Part shown: positions 27,095 through 35,850 of the stretch, piece after piece
Layout: every line of letters begins with the position of its first letter
How positions within the stretch are numbered: the first letter of the stretch is position 1
Assembly: GCA_038999215.1 (NCBI GenBank)
Contig: JAWABM010000003.1
Span: 1 to 46,169, forward strand
Direction of reading: 5' to 3'
Length of the DNA stretch: 46,169 bases
Source: Candidatus Aenigmatarchaeota archaeon
GTDB taxonomy: Archaea > Aenigmatarchaeota > Aenigmatarchaeia > Aenigmatarchaeales > JACQIB01
Position numbers and translations under genes: made by a program
The notes under the pieces: generated by a model
The model's database searches: none
Seen by the model: only the letters and a program-made list of their open reading frames with translations
Told to the model about the DNA's origin: nothing

Positions 27095-28516
27095 TCAACC
27101 ACCGAAGAAGTCTCCGCTTGTCTTCGAAGGGACGGTTATTTTCTTGGCTATCTTGTTCGTGGAAATGACGTCGTTTCTGTTGTGGATTATGGCGCCGGGA
27201 TACTCGTCCGCGTCCTCGAACACCTTCCATATCTGGAGACCGCGCAGCTCAGTCTCCCTTTCTGGCTCCAGCCCCAGCAGGGCTTCTATGTTCCCGAGCC
27301 TTTTGGGCATCATCTGCAGCTCGAGTATTCTCTTCTTGTTCACTTCCCTGTAGATGTCGTGGTTCCATGTGAACGGCATCACCAGCTCGACCCCGAACTC
27401 CGTCGGCCTGAAGGAGATGTCATATCCCCCCTTCTCCTTCCACCTTATCTCCATGCTCTTGAGCCGGACGAATTCCGCCTTGCCTAATGAAGATGCCGCC
27501 AGCTCTTCCTTCTGGCTTTCCCACGAGATTTTCCAGTCCTCGTTGATGGTCGCCGTCTCCCTGTACATTTCCCTCTGGTCGTAGCTCTTGTTGTTGTAGC
27601 CCGCGAAGACGTCGCACCACTCGGTGAAGTCCTTTTGCAGGTCCTTGCCTATCCTCCTGTACATGTCCCTGATGTCCTCGCAGCAGATGACCGTTTTCTT
27701 CAGGTCGAACCTTTCCACGTCGCCGGCGTATTTCTCGTTTTCATCTATGTGCCTTTTTTTGAACTCTTTCGCGTCGGTCTTTTCATCGGCATAGATGTAG
27801 CATCTGAGCACGCTCTTGCCGTGCGTGCCGCTTCCAGGAGTCGGAACCCATCCTGCCATTGAGAATGTCGCGGTGCGCCAGTCCTTCACATCGCTCTCTA
27901 TGTCGAAGGCCATTATGCCTATGTTCCTGTTCTTTTTTCCCGTGTATTCCTTGCTTATTATGTCCATGATTGGGCTGCCGTCTGGTGTGGAGCCAATCTG
28001 CTCGCCAGAAGAGACATCGTATTCGCCCTGCCATATCATTTCTTCGTCCTCATAAAAGGCCTCCTCTAGCGAGCGCTTGTCAACGCCGTCGGGTATCACG
28101 CTCACGAAGCTCTTCTTGCTGACCTTTCGTTCCCTTATCTCATTGAGCAGGGCGTTTCTGTCCGAATGGTTCTCGAGAACGACGGATATTCCTATGTTGC
28201 TTGTCCTGAAGTACTGCATCACGCCGTTCTTCCAGTAAGGTCTCTCCGTGTCCTTTCCGTAGGCCGCATCCATTATTTTCGGCGGCTCCTTGAAGATTAT
28301 GCTGTCGCCGTTCTTCCTTGCCAGGCCGCTGACCAGCAGCCTTTGATAATAGTCCGCCTCGTTCTGATTGGCGATGACTATCTCTGCCGGATGCCATCCG
28401 CTGTAGCTCCCGAAGTGCAGCCGACCTGTGGCGCTGTCCCTGAAGCAGAGCGTGACCCTGTCTTTGCTCTCTTCCGCCACGCCCAAAAAGTAGCCCTTGA
28501 ACGCCGCGGCTTCCAT
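27095..28516 (-). CDS. Family-B DNA polymerase N-terminal domain + 3'-5' exonuclease half
   Basis: ExoI MAFDIES, ExoII FAGYNNKSYD, HDIY, ExoIII HNRND; PolB-like NTD; ends where the pol domain would begin. Confidence 0.82.
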   Translation of the reverse strand: MEAAAFKGYFLGVAEESKDRVTLCFRDSATGRLHFGSYSGWHPAEIVIANQNEADYYQRLLVSGLARKNGDSIIFKEPPKIMDAAYGKDTERPYWKNGVMQYFRTSNIGISVVLENHSDRNALLNEIRERKVSKKSFVSVIPDGVDKRSLEEAFYEDEEMIWQGEYDVSSGEQIGSTPDGSPIMDIISKEYTGKKNRNIGIMAFDIESDVKDWRTATFSMAGWVPTPGSGTHGKSVLRCYIYADEKTDAKEFKKRHIDENEKYAGDVERFDLKKTVICCEDIRDMYRRIGKDLQKDFTEWCDVFAGYNNKSYDQREMYRETATINEDWKISWESQKEELAASSLGKAEFVRLKSMEIRWKEKGGYDISFRPTEFGVELVMPFTWNHDIYREVNKKRILELQMMPKRLGNIEALLGLEPERETELRGLQIWKVFEDADEYPGAIIHNRNDVISTNKIAKKITVPSKTSGDFFGG

Positions 28517-28532
28517 AAGACTGCTTGAAACT

Positions 28533-28550
28533 AAAAGGATTTATCCTTTT
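28533..28550. promoter_or_regulatory. Inverted repeat in the 51-bp divergent intergenic region (shared promoter/operator)
   Basis: AAAAGGAT-TT-ATCCTTTT centred between the two divergent start codons. Confidence 0.55.
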
Positions 28551-28567
28551 TTTGTCTGAATTAGGGG

Positions 28568-30568
28568 GTGAACTATTTCAAACTCAGGCCGCACATGGCA
28601 GGCTGGGCCACCAGCAGCGTCATGGCAATCATGCCTTCCGAAATGCTTATGCCCGAAGACACCTCTTTCCTCGGCTACAGGAGCGGCAGGAGGATACGGG
28701 AAATTGAGGGATATGTAAAGGCATTCGAGGAGAAGGTGGCCAAAAAGTGCAGGGATCTCAGGGCGCCGATAAGGGAGGACGTGAAGAAATATCATGCTGC
28801 GCTCAATGACCTGGAGAAGGCCGAAGTGGTCCTGCTGACGACCACGGACACCGTCAGCTCGCGCCCGCCTTACAACCTTACCAGGCTGGCCGCGGAGCAT
28901 CCTGCCAATCTTTCCACCAAGATATATTCCGACCTTCTCTTCGAGTTCGAGCAGAACACCGGGAAGGCCGCCTATCTTGCCGTGATTGATCCGCCTTATC
29001 TGCCGGCAGTCGTCGGCGCGAACGGCGAGATTGCTTTCGGGCCTGACAAATTTTACATCCCGCACCAGTTCACCAAATGGCACGACTTGGACGGGCAGAA
29101 AGAGCGGCTGGAATACGGCCAAGAGAGGGCCGAAGTTTACGAGAAGGAGATAAGGGGGCTTTACCCTGAATTCGAACCCTCCTTCAGGGCCAGGCAATGG
29201 GACAAGGATATGGAAAGCAACTTGCTCAAGGCACTGGAAGCCGTAGCAGCTGAGATGATTTCGCAGTTCATCGTGGACAAATGCGAAGGCAACCTTTATG
29301 TGCTCATGCCGGGTAGCGGCGCACAGAAAGGCATAAAGGAAAAGGTGATCGCGTCGGTGCTGGAGAGGAAGCCGCGAATAATGATGAAGCCGCACATAGC
29401 AGATGTCTTCGAATCGCTGAACCGCGACGCTTATGAGAAGGATCTCACATGCTCCAAGTCCGTATACAACCGCGTCGCCGCGCTGCTCAGCAACACGTAT
29501 GTTTACAAGCACGAACGCTATGATTTCCCGTATTCTAAGATGGACAAGGTCAACATCAACAGGAATGCAAGGCCCTGCCCTGACGGCTTCATCTATTCCG
29601 AGTGGGCGCCGGGCCCGGGCGAGTGTTGCATGCACAAGGACAGGCCCAAGCTCTGCCTGCAGCACCAGTTCAGGAAGATCCTCGAAGGTTATGAGAACAG
29701 GGAAATGATCAAGGCCTACATGACAGGCAATGATGTCGTTGTCGGCGGCGTGACCTTGAGAGGCAGGCGCATACATGTACCTAGCATCCACACAGTGCTC
29801 AAGGAGCTGAATCGCGACCTCCGCGAGGACCTGAAACCGCTGAGGCTCCCTGACATGAGGGTCGGGAGGGAGCAGGCAGATTGCAGCTGTTCCGAGATAG
29901 CCGGAGCGATGGACGCTGCCGAGTTTCACCTGAAGAAGATGGGCGCTCTCAAGACGCAGCCCTGGCTGGCGTTTCTGGCGGATGTGGGCAACGTCTGCCA
30001 TGAAACCATGTTCGCCAGCGCCCCGCCCGCTTGGAGGCAGGCCATGGAAAAGCCAGGTATTATGGAGTACCAGACAGAGGAGGGCTCGATGACAATACAT
30101 TTCAAGCCGGATCTTGCGGCATTTTACTCCGAGAAAGATGACGTTCTCGTCGTGATAGATGCCAAATCCGGCGTCGCCCCTTTCACGACTTGGCTGCCCA
30201 AGAAGAGCCATAGCACGCAGCTCGGAGGCTACACATGGTACTTGCACAAGGTATTTGAAGGTGAAAGAGGGTTCGGCGACTCTTACGGTGTGATACAGTA
30301 TCTGCAGGATTATCAGACGGAGGAGCCGAGAGCGATAAGGATAAGCACAGGCAGGGATAGTAGCGCAATGAAGGTGTTCCACCACAAGACCAGAGAATTT
30401 GCCAGGTTGCACAGGCTCTGGACCGATGAGCCCGGGCAGTTTCTTGAGGACTACTACGCCAAGCCGTATTACTACAAGAAGCATCTGAAATCCGGGCCCA
30501 GAGGCGCAGCCTGCATCGAAGCGGTCGAAAGCATGAAGAAGCAGCCGACGCTCGGCTCGTTCAGCTAG
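28568..30568 (+). CDS. Large protein with C-terminal PD-(D/E)XK (Cas4/RecB-like) nuclease domain and PIP-like box
   Basis: SCSEI...GNVCHE...FKPD...VVIDAKSG...HSTQLGGY; ends KKQPTLGSFS; N-terminal ~430 aa unassigned. Confidence 0.75.
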   Translation: MNYFKLRPHMAGWATSSVMAIMPSEMLMPEDTSFLGYRSGRRIREIEGYVKAFEEKVAKKCRDLRAPIREDVKKYHAALNDLEKAEVVLLTTTDTVSSRPPYNLTRLAAEHPANLSTKIYSDLLFEFEQNTGKAAYLAVIDPPYLPAVVGANGEIAFGPDKFYIPHQFTKWHDLDGQKERLEYGQERAEVYEKEIRGLYPEFEPSFRARQWDKDMESNLLKALEAVAAEMISQFIVDKCEGNLYVLMPGSGAQKGIKEKVIASVLERKPRIMMKPHIADVFESLNRDAYEKDLTCSKSVYNRVAALLSNTYVYKHERYDFPYSKMDKVNINRNARPCPDGFIYSEWAPGPGECCMHKDRPKLCLQHQFRKILEGYENREMIKAYMTGNDVVVGGVTLRGRRIHVPSIHTVLKELNRDLREDLKPLRLPDMRVGREQADCSCSEIAGAMDAAEFHLKKMGALKTQPWLAFLADVGNVCHETMFASAPPAWRQAMEKPGIMEYQTEEGSMTIHFKPDLAAFYSEKDDVLVVIDAKSGVAPFTTWLPKKSHSTQLGGYTWYLHKVFEGERGFGDSYGVIQYLQDYQTEEPRAIRISTGRDSSAMKVFHHKTREFARLHRLWTDEPGQFLEDYYAKPYYYKKHLKSGPRGAACIEAVESMKKQPTLGSFS

Positions 30569-30613
30569 GTCGTTGTTTCTTTTGATAAATGCCTTCTTTT
30601 CCGAAAGAAAAGA

Positions 30614-30698
30614 TGGCGCCGAGAGGGAGATTCGAACTCCCGAACCCCGAAGGGCACCAGCTTTCCAGGCTGGCGCAATACCGCTATGCGATCTCGGC
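30614..30698 (-). tRNA. tRNA-Ser(GGA), intronless, CCA encoded
   Basis: GCCGAGA acceptor, CCAGC-CU-GGA-AA-GCUGG, long variable arm, G73. Confidence 0.96.
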
Positions 30699-30730
30699 TT
30701 GAATTAGAATTATGCTGTGAAATTTAAAAA

Positions 30731-31054
30731 TTAATCCCTGAGCTCGATGGAAATCTGCACGCCTTCTGGCACGGTGACCCTCATTATCTGCCTGAGCGTG
30801 CGCTCGTCAGCTGTGACGTCTATTATGCGCTTGTGCACGCGCATCTCCCACCTGTCGAAAGTCGCGTTCCCGTGCCCCGTCCCGTCCCCGCATGGCGTCT
30901 TCATCGTCACGACTTTCAGCTTCTTCGTCGGAAGCGGGATCGGCCCTTTCATGGCCACCCCGAACTTCTCGGTTATCGTTTTTACCTCTGAGCAGATCTG
31001 GTTTAGCCTCTCCGGGTCGGTGCTGCTGAGCTTTATTCTCGCCCTTTGCGCCAT
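30731..31054 (-). CDS. rps10: 30S ribosomal protein uS10
   Basis: [29 protein letters not shown]. Confidence 0.98.
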   Translation of the reverse strand: MAQRARIKLSSTDPERLNQICSEVKTITEKFGVAMKGPIPLPTKKLKVVTMKTPCGDGTGHGNATFDRWEMRVHKRIIDVTADERTLRQIMRVTVPEGVQISIELRD

Positions 31055-31085
31055 GTCATCACTAAGAAAGTAGTATCTAACAAAG

Positions 31086-31095
31086 TATTTAAATA
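31086..31095 (-). promoter_or_regulatory. TATA box of rps10
   Basis: Palindromic TATTTAAATA ~32 nt upstream of the ATG. Confidence 0.6.
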
Positions 31096-31218
31096 GGTTT
31101 CTGGATCTCTGGCACCGTTCCGTTACTTGCTGCCTCCCGTTTCATGGTTATCATGCGGCACATAGCTAAGACTACGTGCCCATTATTAAAAAAGAAAAAG
31201 GAAAGGCCTGGAAAAAAT

Positions 31219-32484
31219 TTAGGCCTTCGCTACTTCGAGGCAGACGCCTGCAGCTACTGTCATGCCCATGTCCCTCACGGCGAAGCGTGCGAGCTCTGGG
31301 AAGTTCTTGCTGCTCTCGATGACCATCGGCTTGGTCGGAACGACCTTCACTATAGCCGCGTCACCGGTCTTTATGAAGTCCGGCTTCTCCTGTATGGTTT
31401 CTCCTGTCTTCGGGTTGATCTTCTTCGCAATATCCGTTATCTTGCAGGCGACCTGGCATGTGCCGACATGGAAGACCGGCGTGTAGCCCTTGGTTATCAC
31501 GTTGGGGTGCTGGAGCACGATTATCTGGGCCGTGAACTCCTTCGCCACTGTCGGCGGGTTGTTCGCGTGCCCGAGAACGTCCCCCCTCTTTATGTCCTTC
31601 TTGTCCACTCCCCTGACGTTGAAACCGACATTGTCTCCAGGCTTCGCTTCTGGCACCACCTCATGGTGCATCTCTATGGTCTTCACCTCGCCTGTAGCGC
31701 CTGAAGGCATGAAGACAACCTTGTCTCCGGTCTTCAGTACCCCTGTCTCTACTTTGCCTACTGGCACTGTCCCTATTCCTGTTATCGAGTACACGTCCTG
31801 TATGGGCAGCCTCAAAGGCTTGTCCACAGGCTGCGGAGGCAGCGTCAGGTCGTCCAACGCCTCGAACAACGTCTTTCCCTTGTACCATGCCATGTTCGTG
31901 CTCTTCTTGGCGACGTTGTCGCCTACATAACCCGATGTTGGTATGAACGGTATCTTGCTAATGTCATACCCCACTCCCTTGAGGAGTTTTTCGACCTCGG
32001 CCTTTGTCGCAAGATACTTCTTCTCATCATATCCGACGGCGTCCATCTTGTTGATGGCCACAATCAGCTGAGCGACCCCCAGGACTTTGATGAGAAAGAC
32101 GTGTTCTTTGGTCTGATCCTGTACCCCTTCCTTTGCCGAACACACTAATATTGCGGCATCCGCTTGCGAAGCTCCGGTTATCATGTTCTTGACAAAATCC
32201 CTGTGTCCCGGTGCGTCGATGACGGTGAAATAGTACTTGGGTGTGTCAAACCTCTGGTGCATGATGTCGATGGTGACTCCTCTTTCCCTCTCTTCCTTGA
32301 GTTTGTCCATGACGAACGCGAACTCGAAGGTTTCCTTCTTTAGTTCCTTCGCCAGTTCCTTCAGTTTTCTCATGTCTTCTTCTCTTATGCTCCCCGTATC
32401 GTAGATCAGCCTGCCCACTAGCGTTGACTTTCCGTGGTCGACGTGACCTATCGTTACGATGTTCATGTGTGGCTTTGCAGCCAT
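31219..32484 (-). CDS. tuf: Elongation factor 1-alpha
   Basis: [27 protein letters not shown]. Confidence 0.99.
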   Translation of the reverse strand: MAAKPHMNIVTIGHVDHGKSTLVGRLIYDTGSIREEDMRKLKELAKELKKETFEFAFVMDKLKEERERGVTIDIMHQRFDTPKYYFTVIDAPGHRDFVKNMITGASQADAAILVCSAKEGVQDQTKEHVFLIKVLGVAQLIVAINKMDAVGYDEKKYLATKAEVEKLLKGVGYDISKIPFIPTSGYVGDNVAKKSTNMAWYKGKTLFEALDDLTLPPQPVDKPLRLPIQDVYSITGIGTVPVGKVETGVLKTGDKVVFMPSGATGEVKTIEMHHEVVPEAKPGDNVGFNVRGVDKKDIKRGDVLGHANNPPTVAKEFTAQIIVLQHPNVITKGYTPVFHVGTCQVACKITDIAKKINPKTGETIQEKPDFIKTGDAAIVKVVPTKPMVIESSKNFPELARFAVRDMGMTVAAGVCLEVAKA

Positions 32485-32549
32485 TTCTTACCACCCTCCT
32501 GTTTTCTTAGCTTGCGCTAAAATGATATATGCTTTATGACGATGGAACG

Positions 32550-32557
32550 TATTTAAA
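32550..32557 (-). promoter_or_regulatory. TATA box of tuf
   Basis: TTTAAATA on the minus strand in the fus-tuf spacer. Confidence 0.55.
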
Positions 32558-32566
32558 GATTTGGTT

Positions 32567-34744
32567 TTACTCGACCTTGGCCAGGCCTTTCCTTTCCCTT
32601 ATCTTGTTGACTATCTGCGGAACGAGGTCCTTTGGCACTTTCTCGAAGGTAACGTCCATCAGCGACTGGAATCCCTTTCCGCCGGTTGCGCTCTTAAGCT
32701 GCCCCTCGAAGCCGAACATCTCCGCAACCGGCAGCTTCACTGTCACGACAGCAGAGAATTCCTCCTGCTCCACGTTTATCAGCTCGCCGCGGCGGTTGTT
32801 CACTTCGCCAGAGACGTTCCCTATATAGTCCTGCGGCGTGTCGATGCGCAGGATCTGCTTCGGTTCTAGCAATCCTGCGCCTCCCTTGAGTATGGCCTCA
32901 TGTATCGCTTCCCTTACAGCCGGCATGACCTGCGCAGGCCCTCTGTGCACCGCGTCCTCGTGCAGCGTGACGTCGCTCAGCCTGACAACTATTCCCGCGC
33001 ACGGCTCTTTTGCCTGCGGACCCTCATCCATCGCTTTCCTGAACGCCTCCTTTATCAGCTCCATCGCCTCGTTCAGGTACTGTATGCCTTTGGTGTCGTC
33101 GATGAGCATGCAGTGGTTGTATATCAGCTTGACGCTTTTGGCCTGCTCCCTCTTCATCCCCATTTCCTCGAGTTTCTTCACAGTTTCCGTGTCCTTAGCC
33201 TTCATCTCGCTGTCCTTGAGCCTGCCTTCTATCATTTCCCTATACATCTCCGGCGGCACCGGTTCGACCGAGAAGTAGAACCTGTTATGCTTGTTAGGCG
33301 ACTTCCCCTCCACTATGGGGCTCTTTGCCATCACTGTCTCTCTGTAGACCACTATCGGCGGCGAAACCTCTATCTCCACGCCTTTCTCCTTTATTTTTCT
33401 CTCTACCTTGGCGTCAAGATGCAGCTCGCCCAAACCAGATACGAGAGTCTCGCCTGTTTCCGGATTTATCTGTATTTTGAGCGTCGGATCCTCCCTCCCG
33501 AGGGTCTTGAGGATGTCAATGAGCTTCGGCAGGTCCTGCGGGTTCTTCGGCTCCATGGCCTTCGTCACTACCGGTTCGAATATGTGCTTTATCGCTTCGA
33601 ACGGCTCTATCGGATGCGCCGGGTCGTACATGGTTTCTCCGACCATTGTTTCTGATAGGCCCACGAGGCCGACTATGTTTCCTGAAAGCACTACTTCGAC
33701 AGGTATTCTCTTGTCGGCTATGAACGTGGTGACCTGCTGCACTTTCGTCTCCTTGCCTATGTTGTGCATGAAGACCGACTGGCCTCGCATGAGCTTTCCT
33801 GAGAATATCCTTGCTGTCGAAATCATTCCGGCATGCGGGTCGGCTACGACTTTCGTGATGACAGCCGCCAGGTTGCCGTCCGGGTCGCAGCTCCTGAGCT
33901 GCTTGCCTGTTGCGCTCTCCGGATCGCCCTTCCATATCTTGCCTACCCTGTAGGGCTGCGCCTCTATCGGCGAGGGAAGGTGCTTCACCACCATGTCCAT
34001 GACCACTATGTTCATGGGCGCCTTTGTCGCGAGCTCCTCGTCCTTGTCCTGCGAGCACAGTTCTATGATATCCTTGAACGTGACGTTGAACTTCTTCATC
34101 GCCGGGATGGATATCGCCCATTTTCTCAGCGCCGAGCCGAACGCGACCGACCCGTCCTCGACCTTCACCACCCACTTGTCCTTGAATTCCGGCTCCACGT
34201 GCCGCTGGATGAACTTGTTCACTTCAACGACGATTCGTGCGAGCCTCTTCTGTAGCGCATCCGGCGTCAGCTTGAGCTCCTTTATCGCCCTGTCGACCTT
34301 GTTTATGAAAAGCACGGGTTTGACCCTTTCGTTGAGCGCCTGCTTCAGCACGGTCTCGGTCTGGGGCATTATGCCCTCGACAGCGCAGACCATCACCACC
34401 CCGCCGTCCACTGCCCGCATGGCCTGCGTCACGTCCGCCCCAAAGTCCACATGGCCTGGCGTGTCCAGAAGATTGATAAGGTATCGCTGCCCTTCGTATT
34501 CGTGGGCCATCGTCACCGTGGCTCCGTAGATGGTCATGAGCCGCTCCCGCTCTTGCTCGTCTATCCAGGTGAGCATTCGCTCCCCGACTAGGTCGCGCGC
34601 CATCATCCCGGCCGCAGCCGCAAGGTTGTCGGTGAGGCATGTCTTGCCGTGGTGGATGTGGGACACTATCCCTATGTTCCTTATGTTCTTCGGGTTGCTC
34701 ATCAGAGCTTGCACTCTTTCAGAATACTCGTCCTTGGCCGCCAT
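32567..34744 (-). CDS. fus: Elongation factor 2
   Basis: DTPGHVDF, NKVD, KSPNKHN, diphthamide loop HEDAVHRGPAQ; variant G1 SHIHHGKT. Confidence 0.98.
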   Translation of the reverse strand: MAAKDEYSERVQALMSNPKNIRNIGIVSHIHHGKTCLTDNLAAAAGMMARDLVGERMLTWIDEQERERLMTIYGATVTMAHEYEGQRYLINLLDTPGHVDFGADVTQAMRAVDGGVVMVCAVEGIMPQTETVLKQALNERVKPVLFINKVDRAIKELKLTPDALQKRLARIVVEVNKFIQRHVEPEFKDKWVVKVEDGSVAFGSALRKWAISIPAMKKFNVTFKDIIELCSQDKDEELATKAPMNIVVMDMVVKHLPSPIEAQPYRVGKIWKGDPESATGKQLRSCDPDGNLAAVITKVVADPHAGMISTARIFSGKLMRGQSVFMHNIGKETKVQQVTTFIADKRIPVEVVLSGNIVGLVGLSETMVGETMYDPAHPIEPFEAIKHIFEPVVTKAMEPKNPQDLPKLIDILKTLGREDPTLKIQINPETGETLVSGLGELHLDAKVERKIKEKGVEIEVSPPIVVYRETVMAKSPIVEGKSPNKHNRFYFSVEPVPPEMYREMIEGRLKDSEMKAKDTETVKKLEEMGMKREQAKSVKLIYNHCMLIDDTKGIQYLNEAMELIKEAFRKAMDEGPQAKEPCAGIVVRLSDVTLHEDAVHRGPAQVMPAVREAIHEAILKGGAGLLEPKQILRIDTPQDYIGNVSGEVNNRRGELINVEQEEFSAVVTVKLPVAEMFGFEGQLKSATGGKGFQSLMDVTFEKVPKDLVPQIVNKIRERKGLAKVE

Positions 34745-34755
34745 TCAAACGCCCC

Positions 34756-35022
34756 CTACTTCTCCTTTACCTTCTTCAGGTTCTCGGCGACGAAATCGAC
34801 GGTGTCCAGCGGTATCGAAACGCTCTTGGTGAATCTCTTTGTGCCGTCCGGCGCGAAGAAACCCCTGGAGACTGAAACGAACTCGTTCTCGCCCTTGCTC
34901 GATATCGCCTTCTTCCTTGCGACCTCGAGGAAGTTGTTGTTCCCGAACTTCGTTTCCTCAGCCTTTATGGTCTCGAATTCCACGTCTCTCGTCTGTTCGT
35001 CCCTTCTTGGTCTTTCTGGCAT
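34756..35022 (-). CDS. Conserved-looking hypothetical protein (88 aa), possibly PC4/PUR-like nucleic-acid-binding fold
   Basis: ATG 35022 ~24 nt downstream of TATA (35046-35053); beta-rich segment FLEVARK...FVSVSRGFF...KSVSIP followed by one helix. Confidence 0.65.
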   Translation of the reverse strand: MPERPRRDEQTRDVEFETIKAEETKFGNNNFLEVARKKAISSKGENEFVSVSRGFFAPDGTKRFTKSVSIPLDTVDFVAENLKKVKEK

Positions 35023-35247
35023 GGGACTATAATACGACAGAATGTTATTTAAAGGTTTTACCAAACCGATATTTTTAAGGCATTCGCATTTTCTTCTGTT
35101 CCTCCCCGTCTTCCCTGCAGCCGCCAGCACTTCGGCGCAGAACGCCTTCAGTCGCAGGAAGTGCTGCTTGTTTGCAGGGCATGCGTTGACCCTTATCATG
35201 AGCGAGTATCAGTGCGTCGGATTATGATCTTATTGAAGAAGGCGTTA

Positions 35248-35850
35248 TCAGCGTGCGCCCGCGGCTTCTCTCTCTATCCTTTCCTTCTCCTTTATCGCGT
35301 TCGACTTCGAGGAGTCGTAGTTGTAGCATGCTATAAGCTCTTCCGCAAGGCAGTCAGCCATCTTCTTGCCCTTGCCGTGCGATTTCTGGTAGCTTCCCTG
35401 CGTTATCAGCCTCAGCGCGAGGTCTATCCTGCGCTGCGGCGCGGTTATCACGGCCTTCCTTACCATTATGCCCCCAACCTGGTAGCCTGTTATCTCCTCG
35501 CGGAGCGCCGCGTTCTCTATGGCCTTGACAACGACCTCGATGGGGTTCTTCTTCGTCCTCTGCTCTATCAGCTCGAGCGTCTCCTTCATCAGCTCCCAAG
35601 CTGTCGTGGATTTTCCCGTCGCTATCCCGCTGCTTATGAGGTGCTTCTTCCCCCTGTGCCCGGGCACGAACATCCTGTTCATCAGCCTCTCGATTATGTT
35701 CATGCTGGACTTGTGGAACTGCTGGTGCGCCTGCCTTCCAGCGCTCCTCGGGGCGACGACGGGCTTCAGGTTTATGTAGCTCTTCAGGCCCTTGTCTTCG
35801 ACCTTTATGCCTTCAGTGCTCCACTTGTCGAAAAGCTTTATTTCAGCCAT
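35248..35850 (-). CDS. rps7: 30S ribosomal protein uS7
   Basis: KLFDKW, IIERLMN, NPIEVVVKAIENAA, ERIEREA. Confidence 0.98.
   Translation of the reverse strand: MAEIKLFDKWSTEGIKVEDKGLKSYINLKPVVAPRSAGRQAHQQFHKSSMNIIERLMNRMFVPGHRGKKHLISSGIATGKSTTAWELMKETLELIEQRTKKNPIEVVVKAIENAALREEITGYQVGGIMVRKAVITAPQRRIDLALRLITQGSYQKSHGKGKKMADCLAEELIACYNYDSSKSNAIKEKERIEREAAGAR

Noticed and set aside
28541-30484. 647-aa minus-strand ORF
   Set aside because: Antisense shadow of the 666-aa nuclease gene with no recognisable motifs; long shadow ORFs are common here (e.g. 36754-37941 opposite thrS)
28568-30568. CRISPR-Cas locus suggested by the Cas4-like domain
   Set aside because: No repeat-spacer array or other cas genes in the window; the four-Cys Cas4 pattern is incomplete
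25604-30698. Integrated element/casposon at tRNA-Ser(GGA)
   Set aside because: No integrase, Cas1 or transposase; I found no duplicated tRNA 3' end or terminal inverted repeats; composition looks like the flanks
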